A DNA stretch of 63,294 nucleotides, the filler included, from Basidiobolus ranarum (Eukaryota): the NCBI GenBank assembly GCA_040143965.1. It is 29 parts of 29 records of this genome, joined end to end, with 100 filler letters (N's around TTAATTAATTAA, not from the genome) between each part and the next. Parts side by side here need not be neighbours in the genome. Positions count along the whole stretch, not along the records: positions 1 to 2,095 come from JASJQH010010661.1; positions 2,196 to 4,290 come from JASJQH010010662.1; positions 4,391 to 6,485 come from JASJQH010010663.1; positions 6,586 to 8,679 come from JASJQH010010664.1; positions 8,780 to 10,872 come from JASJQH010010665.1; positions 10,973 to 13,065 come from JASJQH010010666.1; 23 more parts are not named here. One strand, 5' to 3'. Positions 1 to 11,309 of this stretch are shown piece after piece. Below the pieces are notes generated by a model, which did not search any database, was not told the origin of the DNA, and saw only the letters and a program-made list of their open reading frames with translations. How positions within the stretch are numbered: the first letter of the stretch is position 1; each line of letters starts with the position of its first letter. The translations under genes and the position numbers were made by a program.

Positions 1-323
1 CTTGCCAGATGTAGAGTTTGACTTGTTTGCTTGATTGGCTAAAGTTCTACAATCATTGGTAGTATGGGAACCTTTCCCATGAAGTTGGCAGTACTTTGGA
101 CTTGAGGTATTCCTAGCAGAATTGGTGTTTTGGGAACTTGATTGATAAGGTTGGCAGTGAGCAGAGTAAGTAGTACTACTTGTAGCAGCAAGCATGGTGA
201 TTGCTATGGAAGCTACTTCTGAAACCTTATCATAACTACAACTACCAAGGTGCCAGGTGTTTGGTAAGCTTGCAACTTCTGCACTTTTCCAACTGCTGTA
301 CTTGGAGGCATGGTAATTTTAAG
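1..323 (-). mobile_element. Ty3/Gypsy gag remnant (CHHC zinc knuckle)
   Basis: Reverse strand reads PKYCQLHGKGSHTTNDCRTL (C-x2-H-x4-H-x4-C); interrupted by a CACTA terminus at 324. Confidence 0.5.
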
Positions 324-1384
324 CCCTAACAAAAATAAAATAAATATGATCTGGATTGGATGAACCCTTCTGAAGTATAAAACCATCAGAGGACCATCAC
401 ATTAATGATAGCTTGTATTCTGCTAGATATTGTGATAATGAGACAGCATCTTCACAATGGGAATATGATGGCAATGGTACATGTTGAAATGTTGATCCTC
501 ATACTTGGCATGCATTATTTAATTTCCCATAACATTTGGAAAAACCATATTTGTGAATGGCAAATGACTGGGCTTACTGTTACAGATATTCAAATTAATA
601 TGCATGCCCTTATTTTATATTCAAGGCTTGGTATTCCAGCCATAATGAAAAAAAAAAACACAAGATTTTGTTGGCTTTAGTATTTACATATGCATATACA
701 TTATCAATGTGACATAACTCACTAACATCAATATGCTTTACCATCAAACTAATGGTAGAAAAACTGCTAATCATCTGAAACTTAGAGTAGCACTCACACT
801 TGGAAAATAATTGTTACCACTGACAATGAAAATAAGCTCTTGGATTTTGGCAAGTTTTTGTAAAGAATTTGGCAAAAATATCTCCAACTTGGGGTCAACG
901 GATATCTGCCCACAAATAGATATGTCATTGCTTGGATAGATTACCCCATGGCCAAAAAAGCAATGCAATGTGTCTTAATCTATCTCTCCAAGAAGTATGT
1001 CTTGCAGGTTTCCTAATAATACTGTCAGATTATCACACAAACAAAATAGTCCACCTTATAGAGATATTTACTCCGTGTCCATCAATTGGGTTTTGTTGCT
1101 GTTGTTGTGCTCAAACAATGCAAAAACCCATGAGCACATTGAATAGAGCCTTGTGCTAGAAGGTTAATATAGTTTGAAGTCTCCTTAACCCATTGCATTA
1201 CATCTATCCCTGATTATGCTGATACATTGTTAATAAGATTTGCATATGGTAACACTGAGAGTTTCACATGGCACATCATTTCACCACAGTAACACTCCAT
1301 TGGGAAATCCCAGAATGTATAGCTTGGGCCTATTATCTCTATGCATTATGAAAGATACAGTAGGGAATGTTCTGAATAAAGTAT
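324..1384 (-). mobile_element. CACTA/EnSpm element: terminus A plus decayed transposase C-terminus
   Basis: Begins CCCTAACAAAAATAAAAT; 580-1380 is homologous to 2196-2940; reverse strand gives GPSYTFWDFPME motif. Confidence 0.75.
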
Positions 1385-1995
1385 CCCTAACAGAAATTTG
1401 TGGATTGGTGTTGTAAGAAAACTGTTGAAATTTAATCCATTTTGGATTTATCATTTACTTACAGTCATAAAATCATCAAGTTTTTGCCATCATAAAATTG
1501 TAAAGTAATATTTACTTATATCAATTTTGTCAATTTCAGGAGTAAAATTTCAAGATCTCACAAAATAGTTACACATGATTGACAAAAATATCAGAAAACT
1601 ATGTATTGACACATTATCAAAAAACATAACTCAAGCTTTACACAATAACTACTTGCACACTAATTTGTCACCTTCAAAATCCCTAGTTTCCTTGATCCCA
1701 AACAGAAATTTGAGGATTGTTATCACAGGAAAACCATCACAGTTTTCATCCATATTGGATTGACCATTTGCTAATCATTATAAAATTATCAAGTAATATT
1801 TGATATTAAGCAATTTTTTCAGTTTCAGGAGTGAAAATTCAAGATCTTGCAAAATAATTGCACTTGATTGGCTACAACCTCTCAGAATTTAGATCAACAC
1901 GTGTGCAAAAAACATAACTCAAAATTTACACATTACCACTGGAACACCACTTTGTCACCTTTAAAATCTCTAGTTTCTTTGAGATATTCTTGTTG
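1385..1995. mobile_element. CACTA terminus B, tandemly duplicated (units start 1385 and 1697)
   Basis: CCCTAACAGAAATTT and CCCAAACAGAAATTT starts; both units homologous to 5254-5550 and to 54780-55115 (reverse). Confidence 0.7.
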
Positions 1996-2095
1996 GATAA
2001 TTAATCTTTATTCAACATCATAGTTAACTTTAGTTATGATACATATATCAGAAACAGAAAGCAACGTATCTATAGCCCCTATATTCTAAATAGGA

Positions 2096-2195
2096 NNNNN
2101 NNNNNNNNNNNNNNNNNNNNNNNNNNNNNNNNNNNNNNNTTAATTAATTAANNNNNNNNNNNNNNNNNNNNNNNNNNNNNNNNNNNNNNNNNNNN
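2096..2195. other. Artificial contig-join spacer (first of 28, recurring about every 2.19 kb up to 61117..61216)
   Basis: N44 + TTAATTAATTAA (stop codons in all six frames) + N44; intervening segments decrease monotonically in length. Confidence 0.99.
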
Positions 2196-4290
2196 ATAAT
2201 GAGAATCAAAAAATACAAGAATCTTGTTGTGTTTAGTCTCTACATATGCACATACTCGACTGATTATACATAACTCAACAACATCAATAAGCTTTACCAG
2301 CAAACTGATGATGGAAACATTGCTAAACATCTGAAATTTTGAACAGCACTGACACTTTGCAAATAGCTGACTCTTGTTACCATTCACAATAGGAATAAGC
2401 TCCTTGATTTTGGCAAATTTTCATAAAGAATGCAGCCATGATATCCCCAACTTACAGCCAACAAATGTCCTGCCACAAGTAGATGTGTCTTTGCTGGAAT
2501 AGATTACCCCATGGCTAAAATGGTAATACTGCGTATCTTGATCTATCTCACCAAGAAGTCTGTCTTGCAGCTTTCCTAAAAATACCATCAGATCATCAGA
2601 CAAGCATATTAGTCGAATTATAGAGGTGCTTACTCTGTGTCCATGGATTGGGCTTTGTTGCTGTAATTGTGCTTAAACAATGCAAAAGCCCATGAGCATA
2701 TTGAAAAGAGCCCTTTATTGGAAGGTTAGTATAATCTGGAGTCTCTTTAACCCATTGCATTGCAACCATCACTGATTTTGCTGATAATTTATTAATCAGA
2801 TTAACAACTACTAATACTGATGATATCATACAGAGCATCACTTCACCACAGGTGAGCTCCATTGGGAACTCCCAGAATGTATAGTAAGGGCCTATAATCT
2901 CTAAGCATTGTGAAAGATGTAGTAGGGAATATAACAAATACCAGCATATATTCAGTCTATCTTCATTAAACCTGTAATAGAGTTATTCGTATCCAATCAC
3001 AAAATTGTTGCGCAGTCACTGCATCTACCTGAGATCTGCCAATGTGAGTTGATGTCATAAGAATATATTAACAATGTCAACAAACAACTTCTAGTGTTGC
3101 CAATATTTATTAGGCCAAAATCTTTTCAAAACTCCACTTGAATATATATAAATCCAGTATTTCAAGTCTTTGCATTTGAATAAACTCCTAGATGAGTGGA
3201 TATTGATTGGAGTCCTGGTAAAATATGATGGTATCTTGACATTTTCAAGCATTTTCCCAAGCAATTCAAACTTTGATCCTATCTCAAATGGCTCATTCCT
3301 ATTGAATTTTCCATTATATAGCTTAGTAAGTATTATTGAACTGTTGTTGAAGAGTAAGTGCATGGTGCCTAATGGGAAGCTCTGGCTCTAACTGATCCCT
3401 TTTAGCACTATAATCTTAGGCTTATGGCTAATACCAAGTTTAATGTTATACTGACTATTTGGTGAACTGATATCAAGGATCATATTGAGATCTGACTGGG
3501 CTCTTGATGGTAAAATCATGGAGTTTAGTTTCTATTTGGATAGTAGTAATGTGTATGCCCGATTGAGTAGACTTCATTGATTTGACAAAATCTATAGCAA
3601 GATAGGGCATTGTGCCCACAAACACCTCCAAGTTTACTGATGGCAGGAGTGTCACCAATACATATAATCATATTAGTTTTATTAAAATATTCACCCATCT
3701 GAAACCCAATAGATAGCAATTCATATTCTGCAATCAAATGCTCCAAGATGCTATCTATAAGCACTGGTGATTTAGGTCCAGATATGATGGATGGTATCAA
3801 AATATTTTGACTCTTATACTGTTCAGAAGGAGGAAGATTTAAGTTAATTAAAATTATTGGCCAGCAAGCCTTTCCAATCGTATATTTGTTTAGCAAGAAA
3901 CCATCCAGAGCCAATGCAAATGCATGATCATACATGTTCTCAAAGAAACCTTGACTTTTCAGATTCTGGTAGTGATATCCATCAAGTATATTGGTAATGC
4001 CATCAGCTTTATGGTCAGTATTTTGGCATTGGATTAATGATGTATATTTGAGTGATATCCTCAAAACTGTAAGGTGGGGAATCAACAGTATGTAAGCCAA
4101 ATATGAAAAATATTTACATGATTCAGTGATTGCCAATTGTGTGCAAACAGTACATGACTTCAGGTTTCTCAGATAACCAATGAAAGCCAAACAACCATTT
4201 GGACATGATGGTAGTTTAATAACTGAAGGAATATAAGTTATACAATTGACAAGTGTTTTCCACTTGTACCAGGTCTGTGGCAAGCAACAG
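2196..4290 (-). pseudogene. CACTA/EnSpm (Transposase_21/Tnp2-type) DDE transposase, frameshifted
   Basis: ORF 3525-4283 has CPNGC, LALDGF, WPIILINLNLPP, GPKSP and GDTPA motifs; downstream pieces (DPMHLL region, GPYYTFWEFPME) broken by stops and frameshifts. Confidence 0.9.
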
Positions 4291-4391
4291 NNNNNNNNNN
4301 NNNNNNNNNNNNNNNNNNNNNNNNNNNNNNNNNNTTAATTAATTAANNNNNNNNNNNNNNNNNNNNNNNNNNNNNNNNNNNNNNNNNNNNA

Positions 4392-4714
4392 GGATATCAG
4401 TCTCAGCAGAACCCTACAGAAGACAGTATGCTTAAGGAATTTTATTGTTTGAACTTGACATCACACACTTGGGAGAAACTCTATATCCACTCCAAAATTT
4501 GTGCCTTAGGCACGACATTTATAGGGTTGGTGAATGAGTTTGGCAATTTAATTTGATATACCAACAATGCCAATACTAGTTTTATTTACGATGTTGACAG
4601 CCAAATGTGGGTTTATCCTCCTAATGAAGCGCAACATCTTAGCACACAACAGCTTTTGGGTCAAATTACCAATGAGATTGGGTTTACAGCAAATAATTTT
4701 TCAACACAGAGTAC
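4392..4714 (+). pseudogene. Kelch/beta-propeller-like gene fragment truncated by LTR-like insertion
   Basis: Manual translation GYQSQQ...EFYCLNLTSHTWEKL...SFIYDVDSQMWVYP with in-frame TGA at 4554. Confidence 0.4.
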
Positions 4715-4996
4715 TGTTGAAAGTCTGGTGACTTGTGGTACAAGCAGTAATTCCCAAAGAGGAAAATATGGAGTATGGTGACTGCATCTGAACACAAAGT
4801 CTAAAGCCAATCAGTTGCTTGTATAGCTGAAATGCCAAAGTACCATACATTGACAGACTAGGTTAAGGTTCCCTAGTAATATAGGTATAGCATACAAGGA
4901 CTGGTAGCTCAGTGGTTAGAGCACCTTGCTAGAGTGAAGGAGGTCCCAGGTTCAATTCCTGCCCAGACCAATATTTCTCCCTAAATAATTTCAACA
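4715..4996 (+). mobile_element. LTR-like repeat carrying a tRNA-like gene (copy 1, complete)
   Basis: Perfect 8-bp terminal inverted repeat TGTTGAAA...TTTCAACA; homologous to 19735-19969. Confidence 0.7.
4898..4970 (+). tRNA. tRNA-like/pseudo-tRNA, 73 nt, nominal anticodon AGA with short variable loop
   Basis: GGACTGG/CCAGACC acceptor, GCTC/GAGC D-stem, CCTT/AAGG anticodon stem, CCAGG-TTCAATT-CCTGC T-arm; A box TAGCTCAGTGG, B box GGTTCAATTCC. Confidence 0.75.
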
Positions 4997-5253
4997 TTGA
5001 TCTATGCTATGACTGGAACCCAGCCAGATAGCTCTTTTGCAGTGGGAGTAGCCAGTCAACATGTGCAAAACCCAGGATCTAAGCATTATGCAGCAGTTAT
5101 GAGGATTTTCAGATATTTGAAGCAGACAATTGATCTGTCACTAAGATACACATCTTCTTATGAGAATCAAAATCTAATTGGGTTTAGTGATGCAGATTAG
5201 GGATGTGATAATAGGAACAGAATATCTATCACCGGATATACCTTTAACTATAT
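4997..5253 (+). mobile_element. Ty1/Copia RT-RNaseH junction fragment
   Basis: LIYAMTGTQPD...RIFRYLKQT...IGFSDAD*...SITGY. Confidence 0.9.
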
Positions 5254-6485
5254 CTCTAACAGAAATTTCAGAATTGTTATTGTAGGAAAAACGTCACAAT
5301 TTTAATCTATTTGGGATTGACAATTCACTTATCATCATAAAATCATCAAGTTAGATTTGATTTTAAACAATTTTTTCAGTCTCAGGAGAGAAATTCCATG
5401 ATCTTGCAAAATAGTTGCACATGAATGGCTACAATCTCAGAGAATTATGGATCAACATATGTGTGAAAAACATAACTCAAATTTTACACAATTACCACTT
5501 GAATGCTAATTTGTCACCTTCAAAATCTCTAGTCTCTTTGATATATTTTCCTGAATATTCTTATAGAGTTCTTCATACCCAAGATTTAGCTCATATCCAA
5601 CACAAGTTTGTATCAATATCTCCATCAAAGCCCACCATTGTATTAATGTTGATGAATCAACATTCTTCCAGCTATGTGGGAGATACCCTGAAATATTGTG
5701 CCACTCTGTATCAAGTTCTTCCCAGATATGTGCACAGTCAACACCAGAATGAATATCAAGTTGAATTTTCTTCTTCTGAAGCCACTTTCTGCATACTTGC
5801 ACTATGTTTTTCCCTTCATACTTTGGAGAATACTCCTCAAGCACTTTGACTATGTTTGTACATCCTTGTAATGTGACACTACTTAGGGTGCTTTGTGGTG
5901 TTTGTGTGTCTTTTTGCTTGCCTTTACATTTGGGGCTAATTTCAACACTTTGAAAAGTACCAGTTAATGTTGGAAAGCTGTGAGTTTTATTGGCTGGTGT
6001 TTTAGTTGTTGAGAGATGCCAGGTGTTGGATAAACTTCAAATTTAGCACTCTTCCGGCTGGTGTACCCAGTTCCATGGTGAAATTAAGATTTTTTGCCAG
6101 TATATCTAACTCTGGAAATGCAGATCTTTGTAATAGTGTGAAGAATTTGGTAAGTTGGCCAGTAGAGCCTAAACTCACTGGCTCCCTTGCTTTTCCCTTG
6201 AGTTTACTAACTTCCTGCTCCTTTAGTACTTCTTTAGTTGCTTTTCTTTCTTTTCCCAGTTGATAATTGCCTACATTTTTGAGATGGTTCATGAATAGGC
6301 CTATACTAGCCCAATTGCAATTTGCTTGCAAAAACCCAGGATAAGCCACATTAAATAAGTCAAGTACCTTTAGAGTAACACCTGGTTTTTGGTTTTTCCA
6401 CAATAGGCTCAAATCCAGGTAATTTTGGACAAGATTCCACACAGTTTCCAAAATATTAAACCACTCATCATCAGAGCAAGTGATG
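5254..6485 (-). mobile_element. CACTA terminus B with C-terminal part of accessory ORF2 (ORFs 5506-5844, 6002-6451)
   Basis: CTCTAACAGAAATTT terminus; ORF motif VWNLVQNYLDLSLLWKNQ...YPGFL...NWA recurs at about 9400-10230, 45050-45380, 58537-58660. Confidence 0.7.
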
Positions 6486-7347
6486 NNNNNNNNNNNNNNN
6501 NNNNNNNNNNNNNNNNNNNNNNNNNNNNNTTAATTAATTAANNNNNNNNNNNNNNNNNNNNNNNNNNNNNNNNNNNNNNNNNNNNAGTATATGAGCCACA
6601 GTATTTCTCAAATATAGCTTCTAGGGTGGTGATAGGAAAGCCAGTAGTTGCTTTTGGATTAATGAGGAATGACCATTTAGAGTAGATGGAGTGCATGATA
6701 TTAATCTTGTATTGAGCTGACATGATACTGATCAATCTGGCATGTGCAAGTTATTTATCTAAGAATTTTAATTATCATTGTCAAATTCCCTACACTCTGT
6801 ATAATAAAATTTCTGTTTGCATTTATTATCCTAATTGTTTCAATTATGTGTAATTGCATGGAAATTACATAATAAACTGCATCAGCAAAGTTAATTATAG
6901 TTCAATCCAAATCAATTTATTTAGCATATATGTTGAAATGGCTCAAAGCGGAACACATTATGCTTGATCACACTATAGGAAATTAACTTTGACATTTTAA
7001 CCAATAATATAAAAAGATCCCTAATTCTTATTGAAACCAATAAAGTCTAACATCATAGATATATATGGTAGTTATGTATCATGTCATAACAGATTCTTCC
7101 TGATTCACAACCTACTCTGGTACAGGAAACCACCACTTCCAAAATTTTGTGTGCACAGTTGAATGATGGTGTGGGTGGTGCAAAGCAACACATGCCTAAA
7201 GATTTTACAGATGCCCAGGTATCCACTATCAATTCTTGCTTGGATATATGGGAGTTATTAATATATGTGACAGAAGCTGGGGAAGGGGGCATTAGATAAA
7301 AGTGGAAGCAACTTTTGACTCTGCTTTAAAGAGAATAATGTATCTTC

Positions 7348-8679
7348 ATGCCTTCAGAAGTCTGCAAGAAAATATACAATAATACTCATGAGGACAGAAA
7401 GTGTGAATTGAGAAATAGGAATTTTGATTTTGAGTCCACAAAGACAAAATTCCAATTCCCTTTTTGCTTGTATGGACTGGAAGCAACCATTGAAGCCTTA
7501 ACTTTAGAAACAAGAGATGTTCTAGATAGAAATCTATCACTACTCAATGAGAGTTTGCAGCAACTGTTGATGGAGGTTGCAGAGTTCAAAACAACATTTG
7601 AGGACACTATGGTAAGAGTCATCAACAGAGGTGTAAAGAGAAAAGCAAGACAATTTATTGAATCAGAAGTTATTCCCAATGGCAAATTGGAGCATTCTAG
7701 ACTGTTGCAGAGATGTACTAGATCACTCCAAATCAAAGAGACTCCTGACAAGGTATCTATTTCACAAGAAGAATCTACACAACCCACCACTGGAGTTGAG
7801 GTAACACCTCCAACAAGGGCAAGAGCCCAATGAGTTGGTTCATCAGCTAGTAGTACACATTGATAGCAATGCCAGCTTGAAAGAGTCCATGATGTTTCTC
7901 CCATTTTTGATGAAGCGCAAGCAGTCAATGAAGAACCAGAAAGAGGATGGCCTGCATTCTCATGCATTGTAGGATGCAATTTACTTAATTCAACCAAACC
8001 AACCAGTGAGCTTTTTACATCTGGAGAAGAGTCAGCTCCAAGGAGCATGACTCCAGAAAGTCATACCAGAATAATGCATACTACCATGCGACAGCAACAA
8101 AGGCCAACTGCAAAAATTATTGAACCTTCCACTTTGTTGGACAAAGATCTGACACCTGAGAGCATTCAACAAAGACAGCAATCTGTTACAAAGCATAGCC
8201 TCAAAAGACCAAAACAATTGGTGTTTGAGAGAGATAGTGAAGCTCTGACAATATGCTCCAATGCATTCCACCATGCAACAGAGGTCATGGTGGCCAGTCA
8301 AAAGAGATGAAGCCTCTACCATGGTTGAAGAGGCAAGAACTGCCAAATGCAAACCTCAAGGTACACAACTTGCTCCAACACGTACTGCCATGCAACTGTG
8401 GCCATGGCCAATTGAAAGAGATGAAGCTTCTACCATGGTTGAAGAGGCAAGAACTGCCAAACACAAACCACAAGGTAGACAACTTGCTCCAATACATACT
8501 GCCATGTGACCGTGGTCATGGCCAGTCAAAAGAGATGAAGATTCCACCATGGCTGAAGGAGCAATAACTGTTGAGCACAAACCTCAAGGTAAATGACTTG
8601 CTCCAACACATTCCGCCATGCAACAGAGGTCATGGCGGCCAGTCAAAAGAGATGAAGCTTCTACCATGATTGAAGAAGC
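7348..8679 (+). pseudogene. Decayed long transposon-associated ORF (coiled-coil N-terminus followed by tandem repeats)
   Basis: ORFs 7348-7833 and 8047-8310 share a frame separated by TGA/TAG; paralogous copy at 10230-10870; CpG-depleted. Confidence 0.55.
8250..8679 (+). repeat. Tandem repeat, about 4 units with periods 114/114/117 bp
   Basis: Anchor GAGATGAAG at 8304, 8418, 8532, 8649. Confidence 0.9.
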
Positions 8680-8779
8680 NNNNNNNNNNNNNNNNNNNNN
8701 NNNNNNNNNNNNNNNNNNNNNNNTTAATTAATTAANNNNNNNNNNNNNNNNNNNNNNNNNNNNNNNNNNNNNNNNNNNN

Positions 8780-9395
8780 ATGTGCCTCAATTGAGAATCT
8801 CTGAGATGTAGGCAAAGTGTAGAGAGTGCTTTCCTCTGCTTCTTGTGAAAGGCAAGGATAGCTTCTGGTAGTCCCTTTGGCCCTATTTCTTCTTCTGTAA
8901 CAAATCCCTAAAGGTCCTTGTCTTCTGGATCCATTTGCATCTTGAACTTCCAAAGGTGAGAGTCTTCACCATCAAACTTCTCTGTGGATGCAAAAACGTT
9001 GGTAATCGTACTGGTAGACATTCCTTTAGCAGCTAGCTTGTGGCTCATAATCTGATAAAAGTGCTTAGGAGACTTGCAAGTGTTTTGGACAAGATTTAGA
9101 TTTGTGAATTAGATGCTTAAGTTTTATTGAATTGAATATCTCCTACTTATAGTTTATTATGATATAGGACTATTGGACATGCTTAGATCATAACAAACTT
9201 GCCTGTTAAATATGGGAGAAAATTTGAGGTGATTTGGTGAAGTTTTGAGAAAAAAGTGAAAATAGGTGAAAGTGATACTTCTATCAATTAGAGCAATAAA
9301 CACATGTTTTTGAATGCCAGAATGGAGTGCTAAATAATCAGAATATGCATAAACTAACTACTAAATAATGAGTTGCTATTTACCGCATTTCAACA
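8780..9395 (-). mobile_element. Copia 5' end: LTR (family L3, 9053-9395), PBS 9041-9052, gag N-terminus
   Basis: TGTTGAAAT...TTTTATCA LTR then GATTATGAGCCA; gag FASTEKFDGEDSHLWKFKMQM; near-identical gag piece at 17350-17446. Confidence 0.8.
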
Positions 9396-9399
9396 AATC

Positions 9400-10872
9400 T
9401 CAGAGCCACTATAAAATACTCTGAGCATGAATAGCTTAGTATTTAAGAAACAGTGCCAAATCTTGCTCTAAGTAATCTCCATATGAAACAGCTGTGGAAA
9501 AATGAAGGAGTAGGCAATACTTGGAAGATTCCTTCCTTATTTCATGGAGCATATCCTGGGTTTTTGCAGGTAAACATTTGGTCTAGTATAGGCCTGTTTA
9601 TAAAAAATCTCAAAAAGAGACCCAATTGCTACTTATAAAAGAGAGAAAAGCTGCTAAAGCTGTACTCACAAAGCAGGAAGTTGGTAAACCCATTGGAAGA
9701 GCAAATACACCAGTGATTGTTAGATTTACTCTCCTACTTGCCAATTTCTTTACACCATTACTTTGACCTGTATTTCTCTATATGGATAGATCTGCTGATA
9801 TACTGTTAAACCCACTTGATTTACCATATGCCCAAGAACTTCAGTTGGAAGGGTTCAAAAGTTAAAACATTAACCAACACCTGGCATCTTGCAACAAGCT
9901 AAAGCTTCAGAAAATAAAACTCATGACCCTACAACTTCAACTGGTACTCTTCAAAGAGCTGAATTCAGCCTCACATTTAAAGGCAAGCAAAAAGCTGCCT
10001 GTACACCACAAAGTAAACTGAGTAGTGTCATACTGCAATTATGTAAAAACTCAGTAAAGGTGCTGTAAGAGTGCTTACAAGAGCTTGAAGGGAAGAACAT
10101 AGCTCATGCATGCTGTTAGTGGCTTCAGAAAAAGAATAATCAACTTGACATTCAATCTGGTGTTGATCTTCTGGATATTGAGGAATAAATTAGCACAGTG
10201 TAGCACAATATTGCAGGGTATTTATAATATAGATATCTACCACTACTGAATGAGTCTTTGCAGCAACTGTTGATGAATATTGCAGAGTTCAAAGCAACAT
10301 TTCTGGATACTATGGCAAGAGTAATTGATAGAGATGTAAAGAGAAAAGCTAGGTAATATTCTGAATTGGAAGATATTCCTACAAGCACATTGGAGCAGTC
10401 CAGACCATTGCACAGATGCACTAGATCACTCCTAAGTGAAGAGACTCCTGACAAGGTTTCTATTACACAAGAATATTCTATGCAACTTGCCATTACAATT
10501 GCAATAAAATCTCCCACAAGTGTTTCATCAGCTAGTAGTACAAATCAACAGCAAAACCAGCTTTGAAGAGTCTGTGATGTTTCTCCCATTTTTGATGAAA
10601 ATTAAGCAGTCAATGTAAAACCACAAAGGGGATGGCCCACATTTTCTCTCATCATTGCATGCAATTTACCATATTCAACCAAACCAACCAGTGAGCTTTT
10701 TACATCTGAAGAAGAGTCATCTCATAGAGCATGCCACCAGACAGCTATTCTGGTTAAACCTTAAGGTAGACAACTTGCTCTTACATATACTGGAATGCAA
10801 CAATGGCAATGGCCAGTTGAAAGAGATGAAGTTTCCTAAGTAGTTGAAGAAGCAATAACCACCAAACACAAA
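9400..10872 (+). mobile_element. Rearranged CACTA ORF2 remnants
   Basis: 9400-10230 matches 5720-6480 (reverse); 10230-10870 matches 7520-8350. Confidence 0.65.
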
Positions 10873-11309
10873 NNNNNNNNNNNNNNNNNNNNNNNNNNNN
10901 NNNNNNNNNNNNNNNNTTAATTAATTAANNNNNNNNNNNNNNNNNNNNNNNNNNNNNNNNNNNNNNNNNNNNTTCCCGCTCTCGAAAAAAATGCCCTATG
11001 AATAAATGTCCGCAGTGTGGACCTTTATTTTCTAGTTTCCTTGGCTCATGGATCAACCAGTTTTTCATGGAAGTGTCTAAACAAACAAGATAATCAGCAA
11101 TTATTCCAGTTTTCGGCGTTTTTGATGTTAGAGCTGTGATGATTCTAGAGCTATGGCCTCATGGTAATATCACGTGATGTGACGCTTTCTATACTCAGTC
11201 GTTTCATGTTACAATATGCCACAAATATTCTCGATATATAAATGGGACATGGTGACAAAGTTTTTAACCAAACTAAATCGACTCATCTCAACTATCACCA
11301 GCTCACCTT

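Noticed and set aside
4928-4934. CTA in the tRNA-like loop read as an amber suppressor or pyrrolysine anticodon
   Set aside because: Cloverleaf numbering puts CTA at 32-34; positions 34-36 are AGA
7386-8048. 220-aa minus-strand ORF and similar antisense ORFs (53883-54304, 61667-61997, 29007-29207)
   Set aside because: Shadow or alternative frames of better supported coding sequences
8250-8679. CRISPR-like repeat array
   Set aside because: Whole units are homologous with no unique spacers, eukaryotic context, no cas genes
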